Assembly: GCA_001825155.1 (NCBI GenBank)
Contig: MHVH01000006.1
Location: 4,939 to 68,938 of the forward strand
Length of the DNA: 64,000 nt
Direction: 5' to 3'
Source: Candidatus Zambryskibacteria bacterium RIFCSPHIGHO2_01_FULL_46_25
GTDB lineage: Bacteria; Patescibacteriota; Minisyncoccia; Phycocordibacterales; Zambryskibacteraceae
How positions within the stretch are numbered: the stretch's first letter is position 1; each line of letters begins with the position of its first letter. Under the pieces are notes generated by a model. It was not told the DNA's origin. It saw only the letters and a list, made by a program, of their open reading frames with translations, and did not search any database. This document shows, one piece after another, positions 19,993 through 29,039 of this stretch. Position numbers and translations under genes: made by a program.

Positions 19993-20256
19993 TTGACGGG
20001 CTCACTACAGGTAATGTCACACTTCTCAGTCAAGTTCGTTAAGGGCGAGAAAAAAGGAGTAGTTATTTCCGTTTCCAAGAAAATATCAAAGAAAGCCGTT
20101 ACTCGCAACACAATCAAACGCAGAGTGCGTGCCGTATTGCGTGATTTAGAAAAGAAGCAGGAACTCACTTCGTTTTTAATCATCGCCAGACCCGGTGCTG
20201 AAAATATCAAGGGTGATGAATTGAAAAAAGAGTTAAAGGCTCTTCTCGGGTTATAA
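19993..20256 (+). CDS. rnpA: Ribonuclease P protein component (short)
   Basis: VSKKISKKAVTRNTIKRRVR (RNR motif), located between rpmH and yidC. Confidence 0.9.
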   Translation: MTGSLQVMSHFSVKFVKGEKKGVVISVSKKISKKAVTRNTIKRRVRAVLRDLEKKQELTSFLIIARPGAENIKGDELKKELKALLGL

Positions 20257-20286
20257 TGGTTCGACATCCTCACCACAAGTAATCCA

Positions 20287-21003
20287 ATGTCATATCTTTA
20301 TCACTCATTCTTCTTCGACCCGCTATACAATTCGCTCATATTTCTTTTTCAAATTCTTCCTTGGGCGGACGCGGGAATCGTGGTGGTTCTTCTTACGATA
20401 CTTGTGCGACTTATACTCTTCCCTCTTTCTCGTAAGGCCGTTGTGACGCAAGTGAAGATGGCAGAGATCGGACCGGAGTTGAGCGCCATTAAAGAAAAAT
20501 ATAAAAACAATTCTGAAGAACAAGCGAGAAAAACTCTAGCTCTCTATAAGGAGAAAGGGGTGAATCCCTTTTCCGGCATTCTCGTTGTCATCATTCAGAT
20601 TCCAATCATTCTCGCTCTCTACCAAATATTTCTCCACTTCCCTGAAGTAAACAGCGCCCTTCTCTACTCCTTCGTCTCCGTGCCGGAAAATATCAATACG
20701 ACATTCCTCGGGCTTGTCGACGTAAGCGCCAAGAGCGCCGTAATTGCTCTGCTTGCCGCCGCCTCAACCTATTTCCAGTTCCTGGCCTCGATGAAGGGGC
20801 AGAAAGAATCTAAAGGAACGTCTTTCGGTGACAATCTGACGAGAAGTATGCAAAAACAGATGAAGTATTTCTTCCCCGTACTGGTATTCTTTATCTCTTA
20901 TAATATCTCGGGTGTAATAGCTCTCTACTGGCTCACGACAAACCTCTTCAGCATCGCCCAAGAACTGTTTGTGAAAAGGAAAATCGCATCTACTGTAGCT
21001 TGA
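20287..21003 (+). CDS. yidC: Membrane protein insertase YidC/Oxa1
   Basis: LTILVRLILFPL, LYKEKGVNPF, QIPI..ALY, ALYW.T.N.F. Confidence 0.94.
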   Translation: MSYLYHSFFFDPLYNSLIFLFQILPWADAGIVVVLLTILVRLILFPLSRKAVVTQVKMAEIGPELSAIKEKYKNNSEEQARKTLALYKEKGVNPFSGILVVIIQIPIILALYQIFLHFPEVNSALLYSFVSVPENINTTFLGLVDVSAKSAVIALLAAASTYFQFLASMKGQKESKGTSFGDNLTRSMQKQMKYFFPVLVFFISYNISGVIALYWLTTNLFSIAQELFVKRKIASTVA

Positions 21004-22204
21004 ATGCCCAAAGACTTATATCTCGCTTATTGATGAAGATAAGGTAATCTTCGGAAGGGGAAATTTTTGGCTCGATGACATCGAGTTGTAAGCCAAAAGA
21101 AACATGGGGCTCTAAAAGAACTTGGGCAATTTCCTTATTGAGGTCGAATTCCCAAACCCGGTCATAAAAACTCGTTTTGCCTTGGTACCAGTCGTCCGGT
21201 TCGTTACCACCGACCTCATCTACTGGAACGCCGCAGAAAACAACGCCGGCTTTCTTGATGCTCCACACACATTTTTCTGCCAATGTAGCAGGAGAAGTTT
21301 CTGCTCCAGAGCCCGTTTTAATATTCTTGCCTGCTGACCTCGCCGATCCATTGTTGTATGAGTAGAAAACCCATGTACCTAAAGCATCGGGCATAACCGA
21401 GAGCCCGTTTAATGGACCAAGAATTTTACCAAGAGAGCCGTTTGTGACGTTGAGCGTGTACGCGTACCCGGGAGATTGGATACTTGCCTTGGTTTGCGCC
21501 ACAAGGTTATTGCCGAAAGACATCAGCCGCCAGTCTGTGAAGGGCGAATTCAAAACAGTTTTCGTTGGGCTACCACTAAATGGTAGCGAAACGATTGCCT
21601 TAGAGCCCTTATCGGAGTAGAAGAGCGTATTCCCCTGCCCGACCGCCACGCTTCCCATATCTCCACGCACATTGACAGCAGTGGAACTGGTGGCAGCAAG
21701 ATTCAAGATTATATTTCTCTGTGCGCCGGACTCACTCTCAAGCATGCGCAGGAGAACGGAGTTGCCGTCCGGTCGGAAATAAGCCTCGTAGACCTTCGGA
21801 ATGGTGTTATTGGTAATTTTCTTCTTCTCTAACGGCACAAGGGCCTTGCCGGCAGGTAGAACGGTTTCGTAAATATGTCCCGTAGCGCGGTCAGCGAAGC
21901 GCACTACAGTCTGCCCGCCGCGGGTGAAGGCGACTGCCCCGGCCACAGGTGCGTCAGAGATTTGGGAAATATCTGCTGTTGGTATCCCATTCTCGTCGAG
22001 CAACTGTTCCTGGTTGCTTGTCCCGAGCGAAGTCGAGGGGTCAGTCGTTGGTTGTCCCAGGTTATCTCCAGTTCCGAAAGGTAGAAGGTCTACTATTGCT
22101 TCTCCGGCAGGCACTGTTTTGTCCCGACCGATGAAGAACCAGGTGAAGAAGGCGACAAGTAGTAATGCAACTATTGTTATTGAAATATAAAGCGTTTTTT
22201 TCAT
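20990..22204 (-). CDS. Membrane-anchored beta-rich (propeller-like) protein at end of T4SS cluster
   Basis: N-terminal TM, beta-strand-rich body, EKC..C pair. Confidence 0.65.
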   Translation of the reverse strand: MKKTLYISITIVALLLVAFFTWFFIGRDKTVPAGEAIVDLLPFGTGDNLGQPTTDPSTSLGTSNQEQLLDENGIPTADISQISDAPVAGAVAFTRGGQTVVRFADRATGHIYETVLPAGKALVPLEKKKITNNTIPKVYEAYFRPDGNSVLLRMLESESGAQRNIILNLAATSSTAVNVRGDMGSVAVGQGNTLFYSDKGSKAIVSLPFSGSPTKTVLNSPFTDWRLMSFGNNLVAQTKASIQSPGYAYTLNVTNGSLGKILGPLNGLSVMPDALGTWVFYSYNNGSARSAGKNIKTGSGAETSPATLAEKCVWSIKKAGVVFCGVPVDEVGGNEPDDWYQGKTSFYDRVWEFDLNKEIAQVLLEPHVSFGLQLDVIEPKISPSEDYLIFINKRDISLWAFKLQ

Positions 22205-22205
22205 A

Positions 22206-23027
22206 TTATTGACATTTTGTTACATCCCAATGATTGCTTTCCAAACCATAGAGTGCCCCGCTTGGGGATTTATACATTTTTGCGCCGTCGCTACGATAAC
22301 CTATGTCAGTAAAATTTTTAGTAATGTAATCAGTTAGGGCTCGGCCCTCATTCTTATTTCTTAAATCAACCTTGTAGCCGTTTGCATGGCTACAAGTTCC
22401 TGGGTTATGAGAACCGCCTGTAGCTGAAGTAAGCACAACTTCACAACCGCACGAACTCTTAAGATTAATAATTTCATTAACAACAATTTCTTTCACGCCA
22501 GCTAGGTTTGGGGCGCCGGCAATTTTTATACCACCCTCTGTTAATTTATTGTAAGCCTCTTGGTGACTTAAAGATGGGGATGGGGTTGGTATTGTTCCGC
22601 CTCCTCCTAACCAAGGCGGTGTGGAGGTGGCGATTGGAAGTTTTTCAATATTAAAATTTATTTCTACCAGCTTCGGGTTGATGGTATAGAGGATTAGCCA
22701 CGAGGCTATGACAAGACCAAGACCCCAAAGAGTGTTTTCGATAATCTCCTTGGCCTCGTTCTTGCCCGAGAAGGCGTCTGTGGACATGTACTTTATGCCC
22801 GCATATATGAGCATGACGACAGCCAGCGCTCCCGCAAGACCGATAATAAGTCTGAAGAGGCCGGTAATGTATTGAACCGCGGTAGTCTTGGTGGTGACGT
22901 CTCCACTCGCGCTATCGAGAGGAATGGGTGCGAGGAGAGTATATTCGGTAGGTTTAGCATCTTGTGCCGATGCCAAAACTGGAACCATCATCGCAGTAAA
23001 CAAAATTGTGACCAGTAGCTTATTCAT
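22206..23027 (-). CDS. CPR-type T4SS (VirB2/TrbC-like) pilin fused to a Zn-peptidase (M15/Hedgehog-like) domain
   Basis: Signal peptide, two-TM pilin segment ending YTINP, Pro/Gly linker, then SHANGYKVD...NHWDV. Confidence 0.7.
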   Translation of the reverse strand: MNKLLVTILFTAMMVPVLASAQDAKPTEYTLLAPIPLDSASGDVTTKTTAVQYITGLFRLIIGLAGALAVVMLIYAGIKYMSTDAFSGKNEAKEIIENTLWGLGLVIASWLILYTINPKLVEINFNIEKLPIATSTPPWLGGGGTIPTPSPSLSHQEAYNKLTEGGIKIAGAPNLAGVKEIVVNEIINLKSSCGCEVVLTSATGGSHNPGTCSHANGYKVDLRNKNEGRALTDYITKNFTDIGYRSDGAKMYKSPSGALYGLESNHWDVTKCQ

Positions 23028-23706
23028 TGCCAAATTGTATTAAAAATTTCCTTTCAATCGGGCGCGAGATTGTTCCGGAGTTCGAAAAGGTGAGGTTGAC
23101 GCTTGCCAAGCCGCCCGCATCTTCCGGCGCGCGGTACGTAACCGAGTTACCGCTCCATGCATCGCCGCTATTCGTGCTCCAGCGGTAAGAAAATGTTGCT
23201 GTTTCGCGCTCGGCGGGGCTCGCGAAGAGCGGGAAGGCGGCCAAGGTCGCCTCACTCTTCGCGAGTTTGAACGATTCTCCTACTTCGGAGTGGAACATGA
23301 ATCCATATAGAGGATTGTCTTCATAGACAAGAAGCATTGGGCCTTGAGCCGTGACTACAATCTCTGACTCTGCCAAAACTTCTTCGAATTGGTCTAGAAT
23401 CTCAACTCTTACCCTGTATGGTTTCGAAAATATTGAGTCTTTGAATGTAAGAGAATTCCTGCCTGTGCCGGAAACGCTTCCGAGCACCGTACCGTTCTGG
23501 GTCCATTTGTAATTTAAACTTGCCGGACTACCGAGGCCTTGAGGGATGGCTACAAAAGTTATTGCAGATTGCTTCGTCCAAAGGCTCTTGCCCTCATAAA
23601 ACGGCGGCACGTACCCCTCCCCCTGCCATAAGATGTCGACAGACTGGGCAAGCACTGAAGTAGATAGTAGGAAGTAGATGGTAGATAGAAGAAATACTTT
23701 TTTCAT
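23020..23706 (-). CDS. Secreted Ig/PKD-like protein in T4SS cluster
   Basis: Signal peptide, YVPPFYEGK, Y.W repeats. Confidence 0.65.
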   Translation of the reverse strand: MKKVFLLSTIYFLLSTSVLAQSVDILWQGEGYVPPFYEGKSLWTKQSAITFVAIPQGLGSPASLNYKWTQNGTVLGSVSGTGRNSLTFKDSIFSKPYRVRVEILDQFEEVLAESEIVVTAQGPMLLVYEDNPLYGFMFHSEVGESFKLAKSEATLAAFPLFASPAERETATFSYRWSTNSGDAWSGNSVTYRAPEDAGGLASVNLTFSNSGTISRPIERKFLIQFGNE

Positions 23707-23746
23707 TTCCCATTCATTATACCCCGATTATTGATACAATTATCCT

Positions 23747-24151
23747 ATGTTTAAGGACTTTTGGAAATGGCATAAAAAGAAGGAGCTTGTTCATGAAGCA
23801 GGAGGAACCGCACTATTCCATGAACGTGAAGTCTGGTGGTGTACTCTCGGCACCAATATTGGATTTGAGCAAGATGGCAGCGGAGAATTATTTACACGTC
23901 CAGTGGTTATTCTCACAAAATTCAATCTAGACGCTTGCCTTATAGTTCCTCTAACCGCTAAACCAAAGAAAGGTAAGTATTATTTTGAGGTTGGAGATGT
24001 GGATGGTAAAAAGGCAGTAGCAGTGCTTTCACAGCTACGTTTTGTGGATAGAAAAAGACTCGCCGTCAAAATTACCACTTTAGACAGGGAAATATTTGAC
24101 AATCTTACCCGAGTAGCAGTAGGCGCCTGCTTCCCCGGTCTCTTTAAATAG
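23747..24151 (+). CDS. PemK/MazF-family toxin-like protein (orphan)
   Basis: EVWWCTLGTNIGFEQDG....TRPVVIL, VPLT, SQLRFVD.KRL. Confidence 0.85.
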   Translation: MFKDFWKWHKKKELVHEAGGTALFHEREVWWCTLGTNIGFEQDGSGELFTRPVVILTKFNLDACLIVPLTAKPKKGKYYFEVGDVDGKKAVAVLSQLRFVDRKRLAVKITTLDREIFDNLTRVAVGACFPGLFK

Positions 24152-24154
24152 TTT

Positions 24155-24176
24155 TCCCCCGCCTTTTGGGCGGGGG
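24155..24176 (+). terminator. GC-rich hairpin immediately after pemK-like gene
   Basis: CCCCCGCC-TTTTG-GGCGGGGG. Confidence 0.5.
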
Positions 24177-24272
24177 CAGGCCGAAGCCGTTTGTATATAT
24201 AGACTATCAAATAGGCGTTTTCTGTCAAGTAGAAGTTGTTCACATCCTCAAACAAGCTGGATTGGAATATTT

Positions 24273-24797
24273 CTAAGAACGTGGTTTTTCAAGAGAATCC
24301 ACCGATTTTAACGGCTCAACTGGTTGTTTAACTTGAGTATTATCGATAGGAGCCGTTGGGGCGGGAGTATTGCCATACAGCTGAGGTTTAAGAGTATTGA
24401 GGGTGCGAATATGTTCCATCGTTGGTCGGGCGGGACGTTTTGGCAGAGGCGGACCTTTTTGCTGTATTGGCTGAGCGGTAGCGCCCAGTATTTTTTTAGC
24501 CTTGTAATCCAAAATCAAAACAACCACGGCTCCGGTCCAGGCTGGGAGCGCGGCAAGAATCGGCACAATCTCGATGATGAAAGCTCCGCCCATGGTGGCC
24601 AGGCGCTTTGGCGTCATAAACTTCATTCCGTAAAGTTTGAACCAGACAAAGAAGGTGAGAAAGGCAAATATGCTTACCAGCCAATCCATAAATACAAAAG
24701 CCAGAAGCCACTGGAGCACATCGAAAAAGAGCGCCGTACAAACCATTAGAGCGATCGTATGGTTCTTTAATCCCCTTTCTTTATTCTGTTCCGGCAT
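24273..24797 (-). CDS. Membrane protein in T4SS cluster
   Basis: Several TM helices then a Pro-rich tail; overlaps the virB4 3' end. Confidence 0.7.
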   Translation of the reverse strand: MPEQNKERGLKNHTIALMVCTALFFDVLQWLLAFVFMDWLVSIFAFLTFFVWFKLYGMKFMTPKRLATMGGAFIIEIVPILAALPAWTGAVVVLILDYKAKKILGATAQPIQQKGPPLPKRPARPTMEHIRTLNTLKPQLYGNTPAPTAPIDNTQVKQPVEPLKSVDSLEKPRS

Positions 24798-26664
24798 TTG
24801 GGTTCTCAGCGGCTTGTTTTAAGCGCTCTTGTTGGGCGCGGATGGCCTCGTCTTTGTCCTCGATGGATTCTTGCCGGGCCTTCTTGATAGCCAGAACTTG
24901 TGAAGGGTCGGAAGTAATAATCTGATCTTCCGTATAAGAAGCAATAGCCTTGATGGCAACATGTTTGAGTCCCGCGAAGAAGATTCCTTCTCCGACATCT
25001 GATTCGAGCAGAAGATATTTCTCTTCGTCTGTGAGATTGAAAGTTTTTTGCAGCTCGTCAATCGTCGCCGGAGATTGCTTGAGAAGCATTTGGATGGAAG
25101 AGTTGGTAATGATGGGTATGCCGTATGGAGATTTGAGGAAGTCGCCAACATCTTGAGTAATAGTTGCCACACCGAGGAAATATTTGCGGCCCCTTTTAAC
25201 AAGGCCCATGAGGAATGAGGCCGTGTCCTCCGACTTCATCATCCACCAGGCTTCGTCGATGACGAGCAGGCGCTTCTTGAGCTCCTTCCTTATCGCGTTC
25301 CATATATAGTGAGTAACGATGTACATGGCGATTGGTTTTAGCTCATCTTCCATGTCTCGGAGAGAAAAGACGACAAACTTCCTGTTTATATCCACATTCG
25401 AAGGCCTGTTGATGAATCCGGCCCAGGTGCCTTTCGTGTACTTAGAGAGTCGTTGTGCCAGTGATTCTCCCCCATCCATGCCCGAGAGCACGAGCTCAAA
25501 GTCGCTCATGAGCGGTGGCTCAATGTTTCGGAAGTCGGAATCGGCGGTAATATCTTTCAAGGCGTATGTCTCGGTAATAGCTCGGTCGATAATGGCATCC
25601 TCTTCCGCGGTAAGACCGCCCATCATAAGCCGGAAGAGGCCAACGAGGTTAATGATGTTACTGCGCAAAATGTTTGCGGCGCTCTCATCTGGACCAGGTA
25701 TTGGTAGGTCGAACGGATTGATGTGGTGTTCGGAGTTAAGCGAGATGTTGAAGTATCGTCCGCCGGTCGCTTCGGCCATGTATTCGTACTCTTTCTCCGG
25801 GTCAATGACTATGACTTCCGTATCGAACATCAAGGTGCGGAGAATCTCAAGCTTCGTCGCGTATGACTTGCCGGCGCCGGCCTTGGCGAAGGTAACCGAG
25901 TTGTAGTTCTCGAGGGAGAAGCGGTCGAAGAGGATTAGAGACGAGTTGTGGCGGTTGATGCCGTAGAGAATACCCTTGTCCGAAGTGAGGTCGAAGGATG
26001 TGAATGGGAAAAGGGATGAGAGGGGCGAAGAATTGAGCTTCGAGTGGACGTTGAGCTGGTCGTTACCGAGAGGCAGGGTGCTCTGGTAGCCCTGCTCCTG
26101 CTGGAAGAGGGCCGGCTTCACGTATATAAGCTTTGCCTCAAGAATCGACTTAATCTCGCTCTCCACCTTGTCGAGCTCATCCGAGCTGTCGCCGTAGATT
26201 GTGATGTAGAGGCCCACGTCGAAGAGTTTCTCTTGCGCTTGTTGGAGCTGGTCACGCAGATTCTCGAGGTCTTGATAGGCGACATCAAGCATTGGGTCAC
26301 GCACAAGACCCTTTTCTTCCCTTGTATGAATCTGGCTTTGTACCTCGGCTACCTTCCTTTGGAATTGACGGAGCACCTTGGATGTCTCGATGGGGTGGAC
26401 GAAGATTGAGACGTCGAAAACCTTGTCCATGTTTATAATCGGCGAGAACCATCCTTCAGAGAGATAGCGCGGGTATGAGATGACGAAGAAGCTTCTAAGA
26501 ATTTTCTCCCCCAAGTTAATTTCCTTGGGACTTACCTTCAGCGCCGAGGGTGCGATGATGTCCTTGAGCTCGAGGACGCCCGCTTCAAAGATTTCTTTAG
26601 GCAAAATTGACGAAATTTTCGCCTCCTCTTCCTTCTTGCCGATTAATTTATCAAAAAATCCCAT
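24781..26664 (-). CDS. virB4: VirB4-like (conjugative T4SS) ATPase
   Basis: YGIN, AKAGAGKS Walker A, IDPEKEY, INPFD, VIDEAW, RGRKY, ITQDV.DF. Confidence 0.9.
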   Translation of the reverse strand: MGFFDKLIGKKEEEAKISSILPKEIFEAGVLELKDIIAPSALKVSPKEINLGEKILRSFFVISYPRYLSEGWFSPIINMDKVFDVSIFVHPIETSKVLRQFQRKVAEVQSQIHTREEKGLVRDPMLDVAYQDLENLRDQLQQAQEKLFDVGLYITIYGDSSDELDKVESEIKSILEAKLIYVKPALFQQEQGYQSTLPLGNDQLNVHSKLNSSPLSSLFPFTSFDLTSDKGILYGINRHNSSLILFDRFSLENYNSVTFAKAGAGKSYATKLEILRTLMFDTEVIVIDPEKEYEYMAEATGGRYFNISLNSEHHINPFDLPIPGPDESAANILRSNIINLVGLFRLMMGGLTAEEDAIIDRAITETYALKDITADSDFRNIEPPLMSDFELVLSGMDGGESLAQRLSKYTKGTWAGFINRPSNVDINRKFVVFSLRDMEDELKPIAMYIVTHYIWNAIRKELKKRLLVIDEAWWMMKSEDTASFLMGLVKRGRKYFLGVATITQDVGDFLKSPYGIPIITNSSIQMLLKQSPATIDELQKTFNLTDEEKYLLLESDVGEGIFFAGLKHVAIKAIASYTEDQIITSDPSQVLAIKKARQESIEDKDEAIRAQQERLKQAAENPNAGTE

Positions 26665-26675
26665 ATATTCATTAT

Positions 26676-27145
26676 AAACCCTAAACCCTAAATCCTAAAC
26701 TCTAAATAAGCACCAAATCCAAAATAATAAGTCCTAAACATTGACAGCCTTGGCTTTCTCTAAAATTGAGCCAAACATTTTTCTAAACTCCACAGCCTCT
26801 TGTATCAGATCATTTCTTACTGATATTTCCTCAGTGTTAGGTTCAGCCAAAGAAAGCCAGTACTCACTCTCCTTAGCTTCTTTTCTAGAAATTTTGATAC
26901 GCATAAAAAAGTCCTTTCTACTAAGAGATTCATTAGCTTCAATGTAGTTTGCTCCTACGGAACCCGAAGAACGTATCAATTGCTTGCCATACTCAAAGTT
27001 CGGAGTTGTTTTAGGCAGCTTTTTGGTATAGTCTCTTACTTTTCTTGCGAAAACTAAACATCTGTCTTCCAAGTCATATTTTTTAGGATTTTGAATTTCG
27101 GACATTAAAATTTATTTAGGATTTAGCGCTTAGAATTTAGGATTT
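26676..27145 (-). mobile_element. Four-helix-bundle gene enclosed by inverted AAATCCT/AGGATTT 7-mer arms
   Basis: Arm 26676-26738 (aaaccctaaaccctaaatcctaaactctaaataagcaccaaatcc) is complementary to arm 27081-27145 (ttaggattttgaattt...tttaggatttagcgcttagaatttaggattt). Confidence 0.6.
26734..27105 (-). CDS. Four helix bundle protein (23S rRNA IVP / TIGR02436-like)
   Basis: DLEDR...FA, QLIRSSGSVGANYIEA, SRKDF...I.RKEAKESEYWL. Confidence 0.92.
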   Translation of the reverse strand: MSEIQNPKKYDLEDRCLVFARKVRDYTKKLPKTTPNFEYGKQLIRSSGSVGANYIEANESLSRKDFFMRIKISRKEAKESEYWLSLAEPNTEEISVRNDLIQEAVEFRKMFGSILEKAKAVNV

Positions 27146-27155
27146 GCAAAATGCG

Positions 27156-27794
27156 CTAACGCATTTTGATTGGCTTTTCCGTCTCACCTGGATTGAATGC
27201 TTTGTAGAAAAGCTCGATAGTCTCCTCTGTCCCCAACCGTGCAACCCTAATGCCGGAGCGCACAAGGCCCTGCTCTACCACGGACATGCGCTCCTCAAGC
27301 TGGCTTCTCTCCTCTTCGAAGCTGCTATTGCTCGTTTTCTTGTCTTTCCTTCCGCCGCCGATGCCAAGACTTGAGACGAAGTTACCTGCCGCTCCGACGC
27401 TGAGCGTTGCCGGGTTGTAGGGTACCACGATGAAGAAGTGCTTGGTCATAATGTTGGCATCCTCGGTAAACTTCTTGATGAATTCGATATATTCCCTGAC
27501 CTGAATCTTCAAAAGGTTGTTGGTCTGCTTCGTTTCTTGCCCCTCAAGAAGCGCGATGTATGGGCGTATGTCGAGCTTCCTCGACTGGACAAGTATCTGG
27601 ACCGAGAAATCGAGGGAGTTAAGGAAGTCTTGGAATTGGAGAAGAATGGCGTTTCTCTCGTCCTCGCTCTTGAGGGAGAAGTTGAGTGAGGAACAGAGAA
27701 GAATAGCCCGCATGCCGCCGTCCTTAAGTATGACGACACCATCGCGCACCTCCTTGATGGGAACGAACTCTTGAGTGGCATTACTAGATGGCAT
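27156..27794 (-). CDS. T4SS VirB4-associated (TraC/TcpE N-terminal-like) protein
   Basis: TQEFVPIKEVRDG, SLNFSLKSEDE..AI...FQDFLNSLDF; upstream of virB4. Confidence 0.7.
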   Translation of the reverse strand: MPSSNATQEFVPIKEVRDGVVILKDGGMRAILLCSSLNFSLKSEDERNAILLQFQDFLNSLDFSVQILVQSRKLDIRPYIALLEGQETKQTNNLLKIQVREYIEFIKKFTEDANIMTKHFFIVVPYNPATLSVGAAGNFVSSLGIGGGRKDKKTSNSSFEEERSQLEERMSVVEQGLVRSGIRVARLGTEETIELFYKAFNPGETEKPIKMR

Positions 27795-27799
27795 ACATC

Positions 27800-27925
27800 T
27801 AGTATAAACCCTAAAATCATTAAATCCCAAATCCTAAGCACTAAATTCTAAATAAATCCCAAATTCCAAGTATAAAAGACCCAAACCATTTAGAGTTTAG
27901 GATTTAGGGTTTAGGGTTTATACTA
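27800..27925. repeat. 'Empty' 7-mer inverted-repeat element with 16-bp perfect terminal IR
   Basis: TAGTATAAACCCTAAA (27800-27815) / TTTAGGGTTTATACTA (27910-27925). Confidence 0.85.
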
Positions 27926-27930
27926 TAGCC

Positions 27931-28368
27931 ATGCGATTCCAAGTACCGCAATTTATAGAAGTCGAGGATAAAATTTTCGGTCCTTTGACCTTCAAACAAT
28001 TTGTCTACGTTGCCGGCGGAGGAGGCATCTGCGTTATCCTCTTCGTTTTCCTGCCGAAATTCCTGGCCATTCTCCTGTCCGTGCCCATAGTTGCATTCGC
28101 TGGAGCACTCGCGTTTTACAAGCCCAACGACAAGCCCTTTATAAACTTTGTGGAATCATTCTTCCACTACAGCCTCAAAAGCAAGCTCTATATATGGAAG
28201 AAAACAGACAACTTACAACCAACAACCGACAACAAAATAAGCGCCAAGCCGATAGAACAGATTTACGTACCAAAGTTGTCGGAATCGAAACTCAGAGAGC
28301 TTACGTGGAGCCTTGATATCAAAGAAAACAGGAATCCCATCACAGACGAGAAATCCAATAGGATTTAA
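27931..28368 (+). CDS. prgI: PrgI-family (VirB3-like) protein, on the opposite strand to the rest of the cluster
   Basis: MRFQVPQFIEVEDKIFGPLTFKQF plus two TMs. Confidence 0.88.
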   Translation: MRFQVPQFIEVEDKIFGPLTFKQFVYVAGGGGICVILFVFLPKFLAILLSVPIVAFAGALAFYKPNDKPFINFVESFFHYSLKSKLYIWKKTDNLQPTTDNKISAKPIEQIYVPKLSESKLRELTWSLDIKENRNPITDEKSNRI

Positions 28369-28386
28369 TGCTTAGGATTTAGAGTT

Positions 28387-28953
28387 TTACTGCAGTGGTT
28401 CCCTGTACGGATCGACTCCGCTTGGATAAGTGGATTTCAATGGCTCATTTACCGGCACCTGAGCCGTTTGGGATTTTTCTTCTTCCTTATTCAACTTATT
28501 AACCTTATTCAACTCGACGCTCGCGGCCTCGTGTACTCCCTCACCCGGCTTAGTCGCGAGCGTTTCTTTCGCAAAATCCGGTTCGAGTACGGGGAGAGTG
28601 GTGGGGGTTGTTGCTGTCGGTGCTTGAACAGATGTGTTTTTTTCCAATTCCTCGACTTTTTGAGAAATTACTTTAAAAATTTTCTCATTTGCCTCTGTTG
28701 CAATGTTGAATGCCAAGTTTTCATCAATTTCTGCCTCGCGCGCCATGTTTGCGACGTAATCATCCGGACTCTCGAAGCCATAGAGAATAAACATCGTTTC
28801 TCTCTCGACAATTTCTGCCTGCTCCAGCTTCAAATTATGCAGTCCGGCAATCTGGTTAACGACAGATTTCCACGGAACAGCGCTGAACGCCTTCTGCAGT
28901 GCCGGCGGCAGTTTTTTCAATTGCTCTTCAACCATAGAGTTCTCGTCATCCAT
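28387..28953 (-). CDS. Hypothetical protein, T4SS cluster
   Basis: Helical N-domain, low-complexity linker, C-terminal DPYREP motif. Confidence 0.7.
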   Translation of the reverse strand: MDDENSMVEEQLKKLPPALQKAFSAVPWKSVVNQIAGLHNLKLEQAEIVERETMFILYGFESPDDYVANMAREAEIDENLAFNIATEANEKIFKVISQKVEELEKNTSVQAPTATTPTTLPVLEPDFAKETLATKPGEGVHEAASVELNKVNKLNKEEEKSQTAQVPVNEPLKSTYPSGVDPYREPLQ

Positions 28954-28996
28954 AGTATTTATTACTCTATAATATCATCGATTCATTTAAATTAAA

Positions 28997-29023
28997 TTGG
29001 ACGGCCACGTCATGGCCGTCCAA
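28997..29023. terminator. Hairpin terminator
   Basis: TTGGACGGCCA-CGTCA-TGGCCGTCCAA. Confidence 0.7.
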
Positions 29024-29039
29024 TCCTTGCGGGATTTTC

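Noticed and set aside
26734-27105. Diversity-generating retroelement (the four-helix protein resembles Avd)
   Set aside because: No reverse transcriptase and no TR/VR pair with adenine-specific mismatches seen in the window.
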